A DNA stretch of 64,000 nt. Origin: an uncultured archaeon. GTDB lineage: Archaea; Thermoplasmatota; Penumbrarchaeia; JASLWR01. Position numbers and translations under genes: made by a program. Positions 49,069 to 58,389 of the stretch are shown here, one piece after another (position 1 is the stretch's first letter; each line of letters starts with the position of its first letter). The stretch covers positions 45,009 to 109,008 of the forward strand of contig CAYSHM010000002.1 of assembly GCA_964430885.1 (NCBI GenBank). Reading direction: 5' to 3'. The notes under the pieces were generated by a model. That model was not told the origin of the DNA. It saw nothing but the letters and a program-made list of their open reading frames with translations, and made no database searches.

Positions 49069-50331
49069 TTGAAAAAAACTTCAAAATTTTCCGGTTTTTA
49101 CAGGAAGGAAGCCAATGAAAGGTTGGCTTTGATTAAAGAGATGTGCGGTCTTACCCAAACGGAAGCTGACCTTCTTTCCAATACTGGTGATATCCAGTCT
49201 GAATTATTGGATGGAATGATAGAAAATGTTATCGGCGGTTTCATTCTTCCTTTGGGTATAGCTACAAATTTCTTGATTGACGGCAAAGAAGTACTTATTC
49301 CAATGGTCACGGAGGAACCTTCAGTAGTGGCTGCTGCTTCCAATGGCGCAAAAATGTCATTGCCCGGCGGTGGATTTAGGACCCGGGCAATGGAACCGGT
49401 CATGATAGGCCAAGTGCAGATTGTTGGCATAGAGGATGTAGATAATGCCAAAGGTATATTGGAGGATAACAGTCCCATTATTATTGAGAAGGCCAATAAG
49501 CAGGATCCCATGCTGATAGAGCTGGGCGGCGGTGTGAAAGATATAGCGGTAAAAGATTTTTCCTCTCCATCAGGACCTATGGTGGTGTTATATCTATATG
49601 TGGATGTCAGAGATGCCATGGGAGCTAACGCGGTCAATACCATGGCCGAAGCAGTTGCACCTCTTGTTGAGGAATTGACTGGTGGTTCGGCTTTGTTAAG
49701 GATATTATCCAATCTGGCGGTCCGGCGTTTAATCCGTTCTGAAGCGGTTTTCAGGAAAAGCGTAATCGGGAAAGACATTATAGAAAGTATAGTAAAAGCC
49801 CATCATTTTGCGGAGGTAGATCCTTTTAGAGCTGCAACCCATAACAAGGGTATTATGAACGGAATAAGTGCTTTAGTTAGGGCTACAGGGAATGATACCA
49901 GGGCAGTAGAGGCGGGAGCACATGCATTTGCATCAATGTCTGGACGATACATGCCTCTTACAAAATATGTGATAGATAAAAATGGCGACCTCTCAGCATC
50001 AATAGAATTGCCTCTGGCCGTAGGTACGGTGGGAGGGGCCACTCGGTCACATCCCCAGGCGAAGATATCCATGAAGATATTGGGTGTCGAGAGGGCGGTG
50101 GAATTAGGGCAGGTAATGGCATCATTGGGGTTGGCCCAGAATTTTGCAGCCTTAAGGGCATTGGCAAGTGAGGGTATACAGAGAGGTCATATGAAACTGC
50201 ATGCAAGGAATATCGCCATTGCTGCGGGTGCTGAGGGAGATGAAGTTGGAAAAACAGTCCGTCTGATGATCGAAAAAGGCGGCATAAACCATGAGAGTGC
50301 TAGAAGGTTCTTGAAAGAGCTTGAGGATTGA
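49069..50331 (+). CDS. mvaA: Class II hydroxymethylglutaryl-CoA reductase
   Basis: IENVIG, TEEPSVVAA, DAMGAN.VN, RILSNL, RAATHNKG, GLAQN..AL..L..EGIQ.GHM.LH; TTG start. Confidence 0.96.
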   Translation: MKKTSKFSGFYRKEANERLALIKEMCGLTQTEADLLSNTGDIQSELLDGMIENVIGGFILPLGIATNFLIDGKEVLIPMVTEEPSVVAAASNGAKMSLPGGGFRTRAMEPVMIGQVQIVGIEDVDNAKGILEDNSPIIIEKANKQDPMLIELGGGVKDIAVKDFSSPSGPMVVLYLYVDVRDAMGANAVNTMAEAVAPLVEELTGGSALLRILSNLAVRRLIRSEAVFRKSVIGKDIIESIVKAHHFAEVDPFRAATHNKGIMNGISALVRATGNDTRAVEAGAHAFASMSGRYMPLTKYVIDKNGDLSASIELPLAVGTVGGATRSHPQAKISMKILGVERAVELGQVMASLGLAQNFAALRALASEGIQRGHMKLHARNIAIAAGAEGDEVGKTVRLMIEKGGINHESARRFLKELED

Positions 50332-50395
50332 TAGAAAGTCTTTACGTCCCGTGAAAGGGGAATATTCATTTTGACAACATGGATTTTATGAGGAT

Positions 50396-50677
50396 TTAAC
50401 ATACTTTATAGATCAATATTGTATGTCCTCTTTTTTCAACAATCGCTACTTCAGGTATCGATTCGGTGATATTTTTTTCAGTATCCTTTAAGCTAAACTG
50501 GTCTAAATAGCTTCTCAATACCTTGATTTTCAGCAATCTTTTCTTCTTCATTTGATTCCTAATTTCTTTTATTGAACTTATTGTCAATCCATCCTTTCCG
50601 ATTATTATTGAAGCTTTAATCTTCTGGCCCTTTTTCTTCAATTCTTTCTTTGCTTTATTGTCGATCTTCTTCGTCAT
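50396..50677 (-). CDS. yhbY: YhbY/CRS1 (CRM) RNA-binding protein
   Basis: IIIGKDGLT..IKEI..QMKKKRLLKIKVL..VEKRGHTILIYK. Confidence 0.9.
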   Translation of the reverse strand: MTKKIDNKAKKELKKKGQKIKASIIIGKDGLTISSIKEIRNQMKKKRLLKIKVLRSYLDQFSLKDTEKNITESIPEVAIVEKRGHTILIYKVC

Positions 50678-50773
50678 GATGAATACTCCCTCAGTCAGAA
50701 TTGCCTTAAAACGAGAATGATATTAATCATATCATGGGTCAAATTGCATAAATAATTGAAAAACCTGTGTGAA

Positions 50774-51055
50774 TCATTTGTAAAGTTTTCTCTGGATGTT
50801 TCCGCATGACCGACAGGTTGCTATTTTTCGCCCTTTTCTAAATCGTATCATGCAAAATTTTTTTGATACAAAAGGAGTCAAGCATTTCTTGCAGTACATT
50901 CCCTCATACTCTCGGGATACGCGCTGATTCAATTTCATACCAATTTTTTTAGATCGTTCAATATAATTCAAGGCCAGACCTGCATCATCACCGCTTCCAA
51001 TATCAATCGCCTTGTCTAATAAAATGGCCATCCTCTCCACACCTATCTTTTCCAT
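50774..51055 (-). CDS. rnp4: RNase P protein component 4 (Rpp21); may extend to an ATC at 51109
   Basis: ERMAILL..A, YI..KKIGMKLN, CKKC...CRSCG zinc ribbon; lies upstream of yhbY as in other archaea. Confidence 0.9.
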   Translation of the reverse strand: MEKIGVERMAILLDKAIDIGSGDDAGLALNYIERSKKIGMKLNQRVSREYEGMYCKKCLTPFVSKKFCMIRFRKGRKIATCRSCGNIQRKLYK

Positions 51056-51109
51056 ATTACGGTTCCTTTTGCCTTTTCCTCTCCTGTACCTTTTCCTCGT
51101 TCTTCTGAT

Positions 51110-51499
51110 TTAGTCTTCCCCCCTTCTGCTCAGGATCATTTCTTGAGATATGTCTAAAATATCATCCACTGTGATCTCATTTGGATTGATTCTCGCCTTG
51201 GTTACGAACTCAATTATCAAATCAATACCGCCTGCGCAGTATTGGCTGTATACAATGTTTGCTTCTCTTATGTTATCGGCTTCATCCATATGATGAAAAA
51301 GAAGGAAGAATACGCTTCTATTATCAACATCCCTGAAGCTAATGAAATCCTGATCTAGGTCCTCTACTTCGACAAATGAGGAGTTCAGCAATCCCAAGAC
51401 TGCTGTGGAGCGTATTATTGCTGTTTGATGAAATTGAGTACCGCACAGTGCGAGTGATCCTAGGAAATCAATGTGCCTTTTCGCCAACCTAATTTTCAA
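51110..51499 (-). CDS. Small protein downstream of the SMC-like ATPase, tentatively DndE-like
   Basis: TTG start after GGTGGTGA. N-terminal KIRL strand then helices (IIRSTAVLGL); YCAGGIDLI resembles the Y-A-x-G-G-h-x-h motif I associate with partners of DndD-like ATPases. Confidence 0.55.
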   Translation of the reverse strand: MKIRLAKRHIDFLGSLALCGTQFHQTAIIRSTAVLGLLNSSFVEVEDLDQDFISFRDVDNRSVFFLLFHHMDEADNIREANIVYSQYCAGGIDLIIEFVTKARINPNEITVDDILDISQEMILSRRGED

Positions 51500-51524
51500 T
51501 TCAACTCACCACCGGTTTTTTGAA

Positions 51525-53810
51525 TCATATGACCCATTGTATCTCACCATCGTCCGATGAACCGTTCGGATCGACTTTATTTCCTCTTTTATCTTCATTA
51601 TCATTAATCCTTCCATCATCAGTACCATAGGATTCATCAATTATCTCGAAACTTCCCTCATTCTCTGTTTTTCCGGTTTTTTTCTTCCTATTTAAATCTC
51701 CGCCTTTAGAGCGCTGTTCACCTCTTGATTTGTAATTTTGATTCTCAACAGATTTATTACTATTCCTCAATTTTTTTACCTTCTTACGAATTCTCTTGGT
51801 TTTGGGTATCAATCGGGAACTTTTAATGCTTTCCTGAAAATCTATCTCATATAGGCCGTGAGAATTCTTTAGAATTGTAGTTCTGATGTTTTCTATATCA
51901 TCCTCAGTTGTCAAGATCACCTGTTGACCGGGAAGTTTGGCAAGGGTGTTAATCATTGATTTCTTGTTTAATCGGTCAAGATGAATAAATGGTGAATCGT
52001 AGATGATGGTCGTGTTCCCCCTTAATCTATTCAGTGACCAAATGAGTGCCATGAATACCAGAACCTTTTCGCCATCTGAGAATTCACTAGGATAGACCAA
52101 TAAATTATCCGGTGATTCAACTTTGATTGCCAAGGATTGATCCCCTTTTCTCATGATAACCTTTTCTATAATCCCCTTTTTTGAAAAAATACCCGATAAT
52201 ATCCTGTTCAGACCGGATTCGATATTTTCCCGGTTCTCATTTCTGACATCGAGAATGCTTTCAGAAATGGCCTTTTTGATCTTCCTAGCCATTTTGATCT
52301 TCCTGAGATGCCGATCGGTAGAGGCCCTTGTTGATCGGCTCAGTTTCTCGAACTCGGCGTATGTTTCTTCGATCTCTTCACCAATGCTAGATATTACCTC
52401 TTCCATACCATGGAGTTCCATCTTGACCTTATGCATTCTGCGTCTCTCTATGGATATGTCGTTCAGAAGGCTTTGATATCTGTTCTTGGTCTCATCATCC
52501 TCAGCAAACTTCAATAGGGTTGGGTATCTGATAACAAGTTCCTCAAGCGATGTTTGCAGCTTGTTTAGTTTGGCAATCTTGATCTGTCTGTTGTCCATGG
52601 CCTTTTCAATATCTGCGATATATCGGTTTAGGATAAGGGTCAGGTCTGATATCTCCTGCAGGTTGATCTCTGGAGGAAGTTTCATCCTTTTGAATTCCCG
52701 CTCATTTTCAAATATCTCCGTCTGAAGTTCAGTTTTCAGCTCCTCCATTCCATGCATAACATCCGGAGTTTGTTTTATTCTGTTGTTGCATACTGAGCAT
52801 CGTCCTGAACTAATGCCAGGTTCAAAAAACGAGGTTATGAGTTCCTGCTGAGCTTCTAATTTTCCTGTATTTCTTCTTAGCTCATTGCATTCTTTTTCCT
52901 TTTTCTTGGCCCAGGTCAGTGCAGCATCAATATTGCTCTTGATAAGAAAATAGGGTTCCATTTCATACCTTTCAGTCAAGATGAAATTACTTTTAGATAT
53001 CTCCTTTTTCAACTTGTAAATTCTCTTCTGGAGACGTTCCTGTATGCCAAGCATTTTTTGCAGTCCCTTTACTTTTTTGGTTGTTCTCATAAGGGACCTT
53101 ATACAGTCTTTCTGATGGTCCAATGAATCCCTCAACTGCCTTCTTCTGATCTTTAGTTTATTTTTCTTTACCTTAAGAAGGTAAATTCTTTTCTTCAAAT
53201 GGGATAGATCTCTAGAGCTTGAATTCTTGGTCAGGAACTCGATGTTCTTCTTGTTGTATTCACTTATGTTCATCTTTGCATTATGCAGTATGTCCAAACC
53301 AAGAAAGGTATCTATTGCCTTTTTAGAAATCACGCCGTTATCGTCATCCATATGGGTTCTGAAGTTGGGAAACAGATATTTTGCAGTCTCCAGATTAATG
53401 ACCTTCTCAAGAGCTTCCAATAATTCTGAATAGGGCCTTTCCTTTCCCTGTGTGGTTACCGTGACCTTCATATTATTGGATGGATATATGCTCCGCTTGA
53501 AAGTGAACACTTCCCTTCCGATTTTCAATTTCAATCCTATGAAACATTTCTTCTTGCCAGTTTCATGGGCGTGTCGGTTGATAAGACTCTTATAGTCCGG
53601 TTCTTGTAAAGACCTTCTTCTGTCAACACCGAAAAGAGCAAAAAATATCCCGTCCACAATTACACTCTTTCCCGATCCATTTCTGCCGATTATAACTGTC
53701 AGAGAGGATGATTTGTTTCCTGCATTTTCACACTCCCTTGCAGGAATTCTGATAATATGCTTTCCATAATAGACCCTGTAATTATAGAGCTGGATCTCCC
53801 TAATTTCCAT
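51525..53810 (-). CDS. SMC/Rad50-superfamily coiled-coil ABC ATPase, DndD-like, with central CxxC zinc hook
   Basis: IQLYNYRVYYG; Walker A GRNGSGKS; FFALFG; long coiled coils around CSVC; signature FSDGEK; Walker B IIYDSPFIHLD; QQVILTT. Confidence 0.88.
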   Translation of the reverse strand: MEIREIQLYNYRVYYGKHIIRIPARECENAGNKSSSLTVIIGRNGSGKSVIVDGIFFALFGVDRRRSLQEPDYKSLINRHAHETGKKKCFIGLKLKIGREVFTFKRSIYPSNNMKVTVTTQGKERPYSELLEALEKVINLETAKYLFPNFRTHMDDDNGVISKKAIDTFLGLDILHNAKMNISEYNKKNIEFLTKNSSSRDLSHLKKRIYLLKVKKNKLKIRRRQLRDSLDHQKDCIRSLMRTTKKVKGLQKMLGIQERLQKRIYKLKKEISKSNFILTERYEMEPYFLIKSNIDAALTWAKKKEKECNELRRNTGKLEAQQELITSFFEPGISSGRCSVCNNRIKQTPDVMHGMEELKTELQTEIFENEREFKRMKLPPEINLQEISDLTLILNRYIADIEKAMDNRQIKIAKLNKLQTSLEELVIRYPTLLKFAEDDETKNRYQSLLNDISIERRRMHKVKMELHGMEEVISSIGEEIEETYAEFEKLSRSTRASTDRHLRKIKMARKIKKAISESILDVRNENRENIESGLNRILSGIFSKKGIIEKVIMRKGDQSLAIKVESPDNLLVYPSEFSDGEKVLVFMALIWSLNRLRGNTTIIYDSPFIHLDRLNKKSMINTLAKLPGQQVILTTEDDIENIRTTILKNSHGLYEIDFQESIKSSRLIPKTKRIRKKVKKLRNSNKSVENQNYKSRGEQRSKGGDLNRKKKTGKTENEGSFEIIDESYGTDDGRINDNEDKRGNKVDPNGSSDDGEIQWVI

Positions 53811-54038
53811 TTAAAGCCCCTCCTCCTCTTCATCATCGGCCACATCTATCTCTTTTGACGAGAACAGGGCCCTCTCTACCAACCTCTCCATCCTACGAAA
53901 GTCATACTGGTTACTCTCTCCGATTGTAACAATATTATCTGCCAGGTCCGGAGCCACATCCAGAAGCACTAGATGGGTTTCCAGTATCTCTTTGATCTTA
54001 TTATAGGTTCCAGTAGGTATGCAGTTAATCTTTTTCAA
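53811..54038 (-). CDS. Small acidic helical protein translationally coupled to the SMC-like ATPase
   Basis: TTG start; its TAA directly abuts the ATPase ATG (TAAATG), with GGAGG embedded in its 3' end. Confidence 0.7.
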   Translation of the reverse strand: MKKINCIPTGTYNKIKEILETHLVLLDVAPDLADNIVTIGESNQYDFRRMERLVERALFSSKEIDVADDEEEEGL

Positions 54039-54070
54039 TTTGTGTCCATCCTATCGGTGTGTTTATCCTT

Positions 54071-54472
54071 TTAAGAAATATTCGTTATCTTTCCCTTCAG
54101 TTTCTTAATGGTACCTGAGCATTTAACGGTCTTCAGACTAATTTTCGTTTCTGTTCTATTATTGAATCTCCACATTTCATTCATTACTGAATTGAAGAAA
54201 TCCCGGTGTTTTTGTTCATGCTTATGCTCAGACTTGAATATTGCCTTATTTCCATCCAACAGTATTAACCATGGCGCGTTAATTTTTTCATCAACATTGT
54301 TTTTTCTGATATATCTGCCGAACAGAACATTGATCAAGTGTATTATTTCACCTCTTTCAAAAGAAGTTGGATTATTCATACCTTTTTGTTCCTTTTTTTC
54401 ATTGATTTCCATATTTATTTCCATTTCTACTAGCAAATACCTTTTCCTGCCAATTATATCCTTGACCGCCAT
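54071..54472 (-). CDS. rnp2: RNase P protein component 2 (Pop5/Rpp14 family)
   Basis: MAVKD..GRKRYLLVE N-terminus and TVKCSGTIKKL C-terminus; start set at ATG 54472. Confidence 0.85.
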   Translation of the reverse strand: MAVKDIIGRKRYLLVEMEINMEINEKKEQKGMNNPTSFERGEIIHLINVLFGRYIRKNNVDEKINAPWLILLDGNKAIFKSEHKHEQKHRDFFNSVMNEMWRFNNRTETKISLKTVKCSGTIKKLKGKITNIS

Positions 54473-54791
54473 GAACAAGTAGATTGGTTGTAAGATATTA
54501 AAATCCTTCTTGTAGAATTAAGTTGTATTTATAACCGGGCGGGGATGAAAATATAAATTTATACTTGGGATATAAATAAAAAACTATATATTCTTGATTT
54601 GATTTATTGCCCTTGAGCTTTGAGGAGATACAAAGGGCCCCACCACCCGAATTCTAGCTTTCCTTGATGAGAACAGTGTGCGGTTTGTACACAGTATTCT
54701 ATCTAGATTTTTAAAAAATTTCATCATCATTATTTTTTCCATTTTAGGTTTATTGTAATGTATTTCAGAAGGATCATCAGTGGGGGTGAAA

Positions 54792-55151
54792 AGGTGGTTC
54801 TGTCCGGTTTATAAGCCTCCTTCTGTTTCAGATAAATCGTCGCCGATATACCCTAGATGACATTCAACTAAGCGTCCTACCTTTTGGTCAACGGGAGGTT
54901 CATACCAATACGTTTGGACTTGCTCCAGGGAGGATTGGCCGTTTCATCAAATCCTGTTTCGTAGTCAGAGCCTAACTCATCATTCCATTACGGTCGAACC
55001 GCGTGAAACAGGCTGTGTCGTTTCTGATCCATTGCCTGCCTTCTCAGACATCCGGATTGCCCCGGATCCCTTTACCCGTAGGAGGGAGGACTTTCCTCAG
55101 CAAACCCTAAAAAGGGAGCACCGTCGGTCATCCATCCGCTCAGAACCACCT
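54792..55151 (-). ncRNA. rnpB: Archaeal RNase P RNA
   Basis: Terminal helix GGTGGTTCTG/CAGAACCACC; conserved GAGGAAAGTCC, AGAAACG, TGAAACGGCC, GGAGCAAG, CGCTTAG and AACAGAAGGAGGCTTAT in the expected order. Confidence 0.96.
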
Positions 55152-55363
55152 GTATCCATGAATAATTTTTTAGCCATATTAACCTTTTTTCGACTTTCTA
55201 ATTATTATTCAAAAGTAGAATATTGCCCTGATTCTTTGAATGTGTGGGGAACACTTATATAGTACTTGTGCGCTCAAACGTGGTGGCATAGAGATTAGTA
55301 GAGTAATTACTGCTACTAACAATAGTAAATAAGAAAAGTAAATTGAATAAATGAGGTGAAAAA

Positions 55364-58300
55364 ATGAAAACACAAATGAAGAAAATGACGGCATTATTGC
55401 TGGCAGCGTTCATGTTGTTGAGCGTTATTCCTTTGTTGTCCACAAGCGGCGCAGAGGATGCAGCGGATGCTCGTGAAGGAGAGGTTGAGTTTGTGTCTGC
55501 AATGATAGACGGGAACTGGACCTACAATGATGATATGGATACAATATTCTCACCCGGTAATTGGCTAGTGGAGGTTGAATTCAACTTGACTATGGCTTTG
55601 ACCGGTGTAGAGATATATATCAATGTCACCGATAACACCACTGCCGATGAAGCTTACTATCATGAAGCTTTGGGTGACCTTGGTATGGGTATGAATGGAA
55701 CAGATAGTGATATGTTCGACTTCACCAATGAAACTCATTGGTATACGATCAATGTCACAATCTTGAGCGACACAACCTGGGATTTCAAGGAGTACTATTA
55801 CTATATCGAAGAGATATATGATGTATTCATGTTCACACACACTATCCTTGAGGAACCCGCACTTACTGGCGAGTATGCATTGGATGTAATCAATTTCATG
55901 CCTGTACTCTTCAATACCGGTAACATGGGTCTCACAGCGATTACTACCGTCAACATGACCGTTGTGAACGCTACCAGAGATGTTGTTCATGAGACTGGCG
56001 GAGTTGTTGCTCCCATGGACTACGAAATGATGGGATTCACACAGCTCACCTGGACACCTACTGTGGAGGGTTATTATGAGGTTAACTTCACATATAACTG
56101 TTCCGAAGTTGATGGCAATGCTGTCTACTTATACATGAACAATAATGTGTCTGTTATGGTTGAGAATGTTACTTCCTACGACCTTTCCTTGGAACTTCCA
56201 ATGAATGAGATCGGCGAGGGAGAAGCAATCAACGCCAATATCACCATCAACAATACTGGTAACGTTGCTCATGATTTCGTTTATACAATCAACGTTACAA
56301 GCGGAACCACCTACGACATGGGTCAGCAGTTGAGCACAGGCGAACTAGCCCCCGGTGCCGAACATACTCATTTCTACAGCAATGTGATGAGCGCAGCTGG
56401 TATGTATGATATCACTGTGACCATGCAGCTGGACGGCGGGCAGGCCACATTACCCTTCGAGGTATTAATCGTCAATGTAGACCCCGAGGTAGAGGATGAG
56501 ACTGTCTTGGCTCAAAATATTTATGAGGGTGATGAGGTGACCTTTGTTGCCAACTACACCGATGATAACGGCGACCTGGGATATGTCACACTATTCATTG
56601 ATGCTGTCTGGAATGAGACTTCTGAGCAGTTCGAGAACGGAACCGGATATGCTATGGTGATCCTGAATGCCACAGATGCCAACTACACAGCCGGAGAGCT
56701 TTATGACTACACCTGGACCGCTGTAGAGGGTGAATATAACTATTCACTTTATGCAGAGGACGGAAATGGTGGTATTTATTACACCGAAGAGGCTGTAGAA
56801 TTCACAGTCGGTGCTGAGCAGTTCGCTCCTGAACTGGACGATCTCACCGATGACATCGAGGCCTATGCAGACGAGAATGTTACATTCGTTGTCAACTACA
56901 TGGACGAGAATGGAGATGTTGGAGACCTGTGGATCAAGATCGACGAGCTCATGCTCAACGACACGGATGATAACTCATCCAATTGGACCACCTCCTGGGA
57001 AGAGGGCGAGTGGATGGAAATGACAAACGCTACCGATAACTGGACCGGCGGAGTCAACTTCACCTATGAGGCTTCTTTCGAGAATGCAACCTACAGATAC
57101 TGCTTCAAGGCTATCGATCCAATCCTTGGCGCCTTCATGACCGACGCTGTCGAGTTCACCATCATGGCTGCACTGCCCACCGAGGGTATTGTATCCGGTA
57201 TGGTAACCACCGGCGAAGGCAATGACACAGTATACCACGATGCTGATATCGTTATATACATGGAATGGGTGGAAGAGGTTACCGAGGAGTTCAACGGAAC
57301 CAATGTCACAACAAATGTGACCCATGTGATGTACTACAACACCACAGCTGTGAACGGTTCCTACGAGAAGATACTTCCATTCGGCACATACACAATATAT
57401 GTGACCGGTGTTGCTGGCTATCTTGATGCCGACGAAGAGGAATTCACCCTTGACGCCGACAACCTCAACGAGACCATTGACTTCGAGCTTGAAATTGAGA
57501 TCATAGTCTATACCATCGTTGTTGGTCCTTTCGAGGATGCAGATGGAAACGCAGTAGTCGGTGCTACAGTATCTTTCTCAGTAGCAGATACCAGAGCGGA
57601 TTACACAGCAGATACCAACGGAACAGGTTATGCCCACTTTGAGGACATGCCTTTCGATGCTATCCCATCCGGCACAAACATGACCATCACAAAGGGCGCC
57701 GACACCTATACATGGGCTTTCGGAGCAGATCTTCCTGAATTCCCAGGCGAACCCACGACCCACGATGTAACAGTCGGACCCATAGAAGATGCAGATGGGA
57801 ACCCCGTTGCCAACGCATCTGTCAAGGTCGTCATCGGAAACGATACTTACACAGTTATCACCGATGCAGATGGGAATGCAGTATTCAAGCTTCCTCTAGG
57901 CGTTGACATACCCGCCGGTGCGGACTTCACTGCAACCAAGGGCGATGAAACCATCACTTGGAAGCAGGGCGAATCCATACCTGGTTTCGAAGGCGAAACA
58001 GATGATGACGATGACGAAGAGAGCAACCTTTGGGTGATCATACTTGTCATAGTCATTGTGATCATCGTGATCATCGTGATCGTTGTGCTGGTCACCAAGA
58101 AGAAGCCCGAAGAGAAGTCCCTTGAGGACATCGAGGACGAGGAGATGGAAGAAGGACTCGGCGACGATTACGACGAGGACTTCGAGGATGTGGAAGAAGA
58201 TTCCGATGTCGAGGATTTCGAGGATTTCGAGCCAGAGCCCACCGATGATGAGATGGAGGGCGTCGATGACATGGCCGATGAAATGGAAGACTTCGATGAT

Positions 58301-58375
58301 GGAGAGGACTTCGAAGATGAGGACTTCGGGGACTACGAGGACGATTTCGACGATGATTTCGACGATGACATCTAA
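55364..58375 (+). CDS. Very acidic, sequon-rich, TM-anchored cell-surface glycoprotein (S-layer/major envelope protein candidate)
   Basis: GAGGTGA RBS; signal peptide; many N-x-T/S sequons; duplicated FVxNYxDxNGDxG and VGPxEDADGNxV modules; Val/Ile TM; D/E/F tail. Confidence 0.88.
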   Translation: MKTQMKKMTALLLAAFMLLSVIPLLSTSGAEDAADAREGEVEFVSAMIDGNWTYNDDMDTIFSPGNWLVEVEFNLTMALTGVEIYINVTDNTTADEAYYHEALGDLGMGMNGTDSDMFDFTNETHWYTINVTILSDTTWDFKEYYYYIEEIYDVFMFTHTILEEPALTGEYALDVINFMPVLFNTGNMGLTAITTVNMTVVNATRDVVHETGGVVAPMDYEMMGFTQLTWTPTVEGYYEVNFTYNCSEVDGNAVYLYMNNNVSVMVENVTSYDLSLELPMNEIGEGEAINANITINNTGNVAHDFVYTINVTSGTTYDMGQQLSTGELAPGAEHTHFYSNVMSAAGMYDITVTMQLDGGQATLPFEVLIVNVDPEVEDETVLAQNIYEGDEVTFVANYTDDNGDLGYVTLFIDAVWNETSEQFENGTGYAMVILNATDANYTAGELYDYTWTAVEGEYNYSLYAEDGNGGIYYTEEAVEFTVGAEQFAPELDDLTDDIEAYADENVTFVVNYMDENGDVGDLWIKIDELMLNDTDDNSSNWTTSWEEGEWMEMTNATDNWTGGVNFTYEASFENATYRYCFKAIDPILGAFMTDAVEFTIMAALPTEGIVSGMVTTGEGNDTVYHDADIVIYMEWVEEVTEEFNGTNVTTNVTHVMYYNTTAVNGSYEKILPFGTYTIYVTGVAGYLDADEEEFTLDADNLNETIDFELEIEIIVYTIVVGPFEDADGNAVVGATVSFSVADTRADYTADTNGTGYAHFEDMPFDAIPSGTNMTITKGADTYTWAFGADLPEFPGEPTTHDVTVGPIEDADGNPVANASVKVVIGNDTYTVITDADGNAVFKLPLGVDIPAGADFTATKGDETITWKQGESIPGFEGETDDDDDEESNLWVIILVIVIVIIVIIVIVVLVTKKKPEEKSLEDIEDEEMEEGLGDDYDEDFEDVEEDSDVEDFEDFEPEPTDDEMEGVDDMADEMEDFDDGEDFEDEDFGDYEDDFDDDFDDDI

Positions 58376-58389
58376 GTAGACCCAGTAAT

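Noticed and set aside
49069-50331. Bacterial-type class II HMG-CoA reductase as a novelty
   Set aside because: Already known in Thermoplasmatales and Archaeoglobales; useful only as a taxonomic hint.
51110-54038. Complete Dnd phosphorothioation system, or a canonical Rad50-Mre11 or Smc-ScpAB locus
   Set aside because: No DndA/B/C, Mre11, NurA/HerA or SMC hinge; only the ATPase and two small partners are present.
54720-54782. Box C/D sRNA downstream of rnpB (CTGATGA, CTGA, ATGATGA on the minus strand)
   Set aside because: Box spacing does not give two 10-12 nt guides and there is no terminal D box. The overlapping ~52-codon ORF also looks non-coding.
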